Made by a program: the position numbers and the translations under genes. Shown one piece after another: positions 63,191 to 64,000 of a DNA stretch of 64,000 nucleotides. The notes beneath the pieces were generated by a model that ran no database searches, had not been told where the DNA came from, and saw only the letters and a list, made by a program, of their open reading frames with translations. The stretch covers positions 37,189 to 101,188 of the forward strand of contig JAPKAV010000002.1 of NCBI GenBank assembly GCA_028825115.1. Direction: 5' to 3'. This stretch comes from Candidatus Nanopelagicales bacterium. GTDB lineage: Bacteria > Actinomycetota > Actinomycetes > S36-B12. The stretch's first letter is position 1; every line of letters begins with the position of its first letter.

Positions 63191-64000
63191 TTAGTCCTGC
63201 GTGCGCAACCGGATCGCAGATTCAGTGACTATTTCGTGAATCTCCCGGACAATTTCGGGCGGATCCAGTAACGCGGCAGCCCCGCCCATCGAGAGGATCC
63301 ATCGAATTAGCCACTCTTTGGATAAATATGGCACCTGAATCAGGATTTGCCCGTGGTCGGCGTCCTCGGCCGTTAATGGCGCGAGTGTTACCCAAGTTTC
63401 CTCAGTGACCCACGAGATCGTGGGCTCGATCCGCACCAGCGCGACTGGTGCCTTCGACAGATCAGTTAAGCCGGTTGCCTCAACGGCAATTCTTGGTGGC
63501 ACCTGTTCCAAAGGTGCGAGCAGACTCGGGTTCGAGATTCGGTCGAATCGAAATGAGCGGATTGCCTCGGCTTGATCACACCAGCCAGCGAGGTAGAGAA
63601 AGTCGTCCACACTAAATACCCTGACCGGCGAAACCCTTCGATGGGATTGGTCATCTTGGGCCGAAGAATAGTCAAAACTTAATGCAAGATTCCGGACGAG
63701 GGCATCTTCGACTAGTTCACTTAACGCGACCTGCACCGGCTGCGAAACCTCCAGTAGGTGGGATCCCTTTCCACCCACGTCCTCCATTTTGCCAATCAAA
63801 CGATCAATTAACGCCTTCTCGTCAACCGCAGGAATCTGACTCATGCGGCGCAGTGCAATCGCCAACGCAATGGCTTCCTCAGAACTGATTCGCATGGGCA
63901 AAGCGAGTGTTTGCGGATCGTAGACCCAAATCCGATCGTTGTCCCAAAAATCAATATCAACCAATTGGTCGGGTCCGTAACCAGGAAGGCCACATAACAC
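63191..64000 (-). CDS. pafC: WYL-domain transcriptional regulator, PafC-like (partial; N-terminus beyond window end)
   Basis: The open frame runs to the window edge. It has a WYL-type core (RRVSPVRVFSVDDFLYLAGWCDQAEAIRSFRFDRI) and sits immediately upstream of tatA, as pafC does in mycobacteria. Confidence 0.65.
   Translation of the reverse strand: MLCGLPGYGPDQLVDIDFWDNDRIWVYDPQTLALPMRISSEEAIALAIALRRMSQIPAVDEKALIDRLIGKMEDVGGKGSHLLEVSQPVQVALSELVEDALVRNLALSFDYSSAQDDQSHRRVSPVRVFSVDDFLYLAGWCDQAEAIRSFRFDRISNPSLLAPLEQVPPRIAVEATGLTDLSKAPVALVRIEPTISWVTEETWVTLAPLTAEDADHGQILIQVPYLSKEWLIRWILSMGGAAALLDPPEIVREIHEIVTESAIRLRTQD

Overview
This window is a densely packed, syntenic core-chromosome segment of an actinobacterium. 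Lineage markers are whiA, two rbpA-family genes, opcA, pafC, DUF3099 and dodecin. Gene order closely follows the mycobacterial layout:
- polA tail, rpsA, coaE, uvrB, then uvrA, uvrC, rapZ, yvcK, whiA
- gap, pgk, tpiA, secG
- pgl, opcA, zwf, tal, tkt (minus strand)
- ctaB / ctaA, then an ABC-2 transporter pair
- sufR-B-D-(Rieske)-C-S-U-T
- ABC-F, enoyl-CoA hydratase family, ABC exporter, SURF1, dodecin, fabG, fabI, serB
- CDP-alcohol phosphatidyltransferase, gcvH, GarA-like FHA protein, MerR, DUF151 nuclease, MerR, tandem glycine riboswitch, gcvP
- rbpA, then fxsA, ppm1, lnt (minus strand)
- 5'-3' exonuclease, helY, tatC, tatA, pafC

Many neighbouring genes share start/stop overlaps (ATGA, GTGA, TAATG). 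I found no rRNA, tRNA, CRISPR array, transposase, integrase or phage genes, and no convincing novel multi-gene system.

The items most worth a second look are local oddities:
- an apparent compensated frameshift pair inside a DUF1211/TMEM175-like channel gene
- a 94-codon relic of an acyl-CoA dehydrogenase C-terminus wedged between two genes
- a pentapeptide-repeat gene with perfect 15-bp tandem DNA repeats in an accessory insert between uvrB and uvrA
- a CAAC-N6-GTTG palindrome on the sufR start codon
- a GarA-position FHA protein with an N-terminal zinc ribbon
- an orphan two-TM protein coupled to a phospholipid synthase

All functional calls rest on motif recognition by eye and remembered family knowledge. 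No searches were run.
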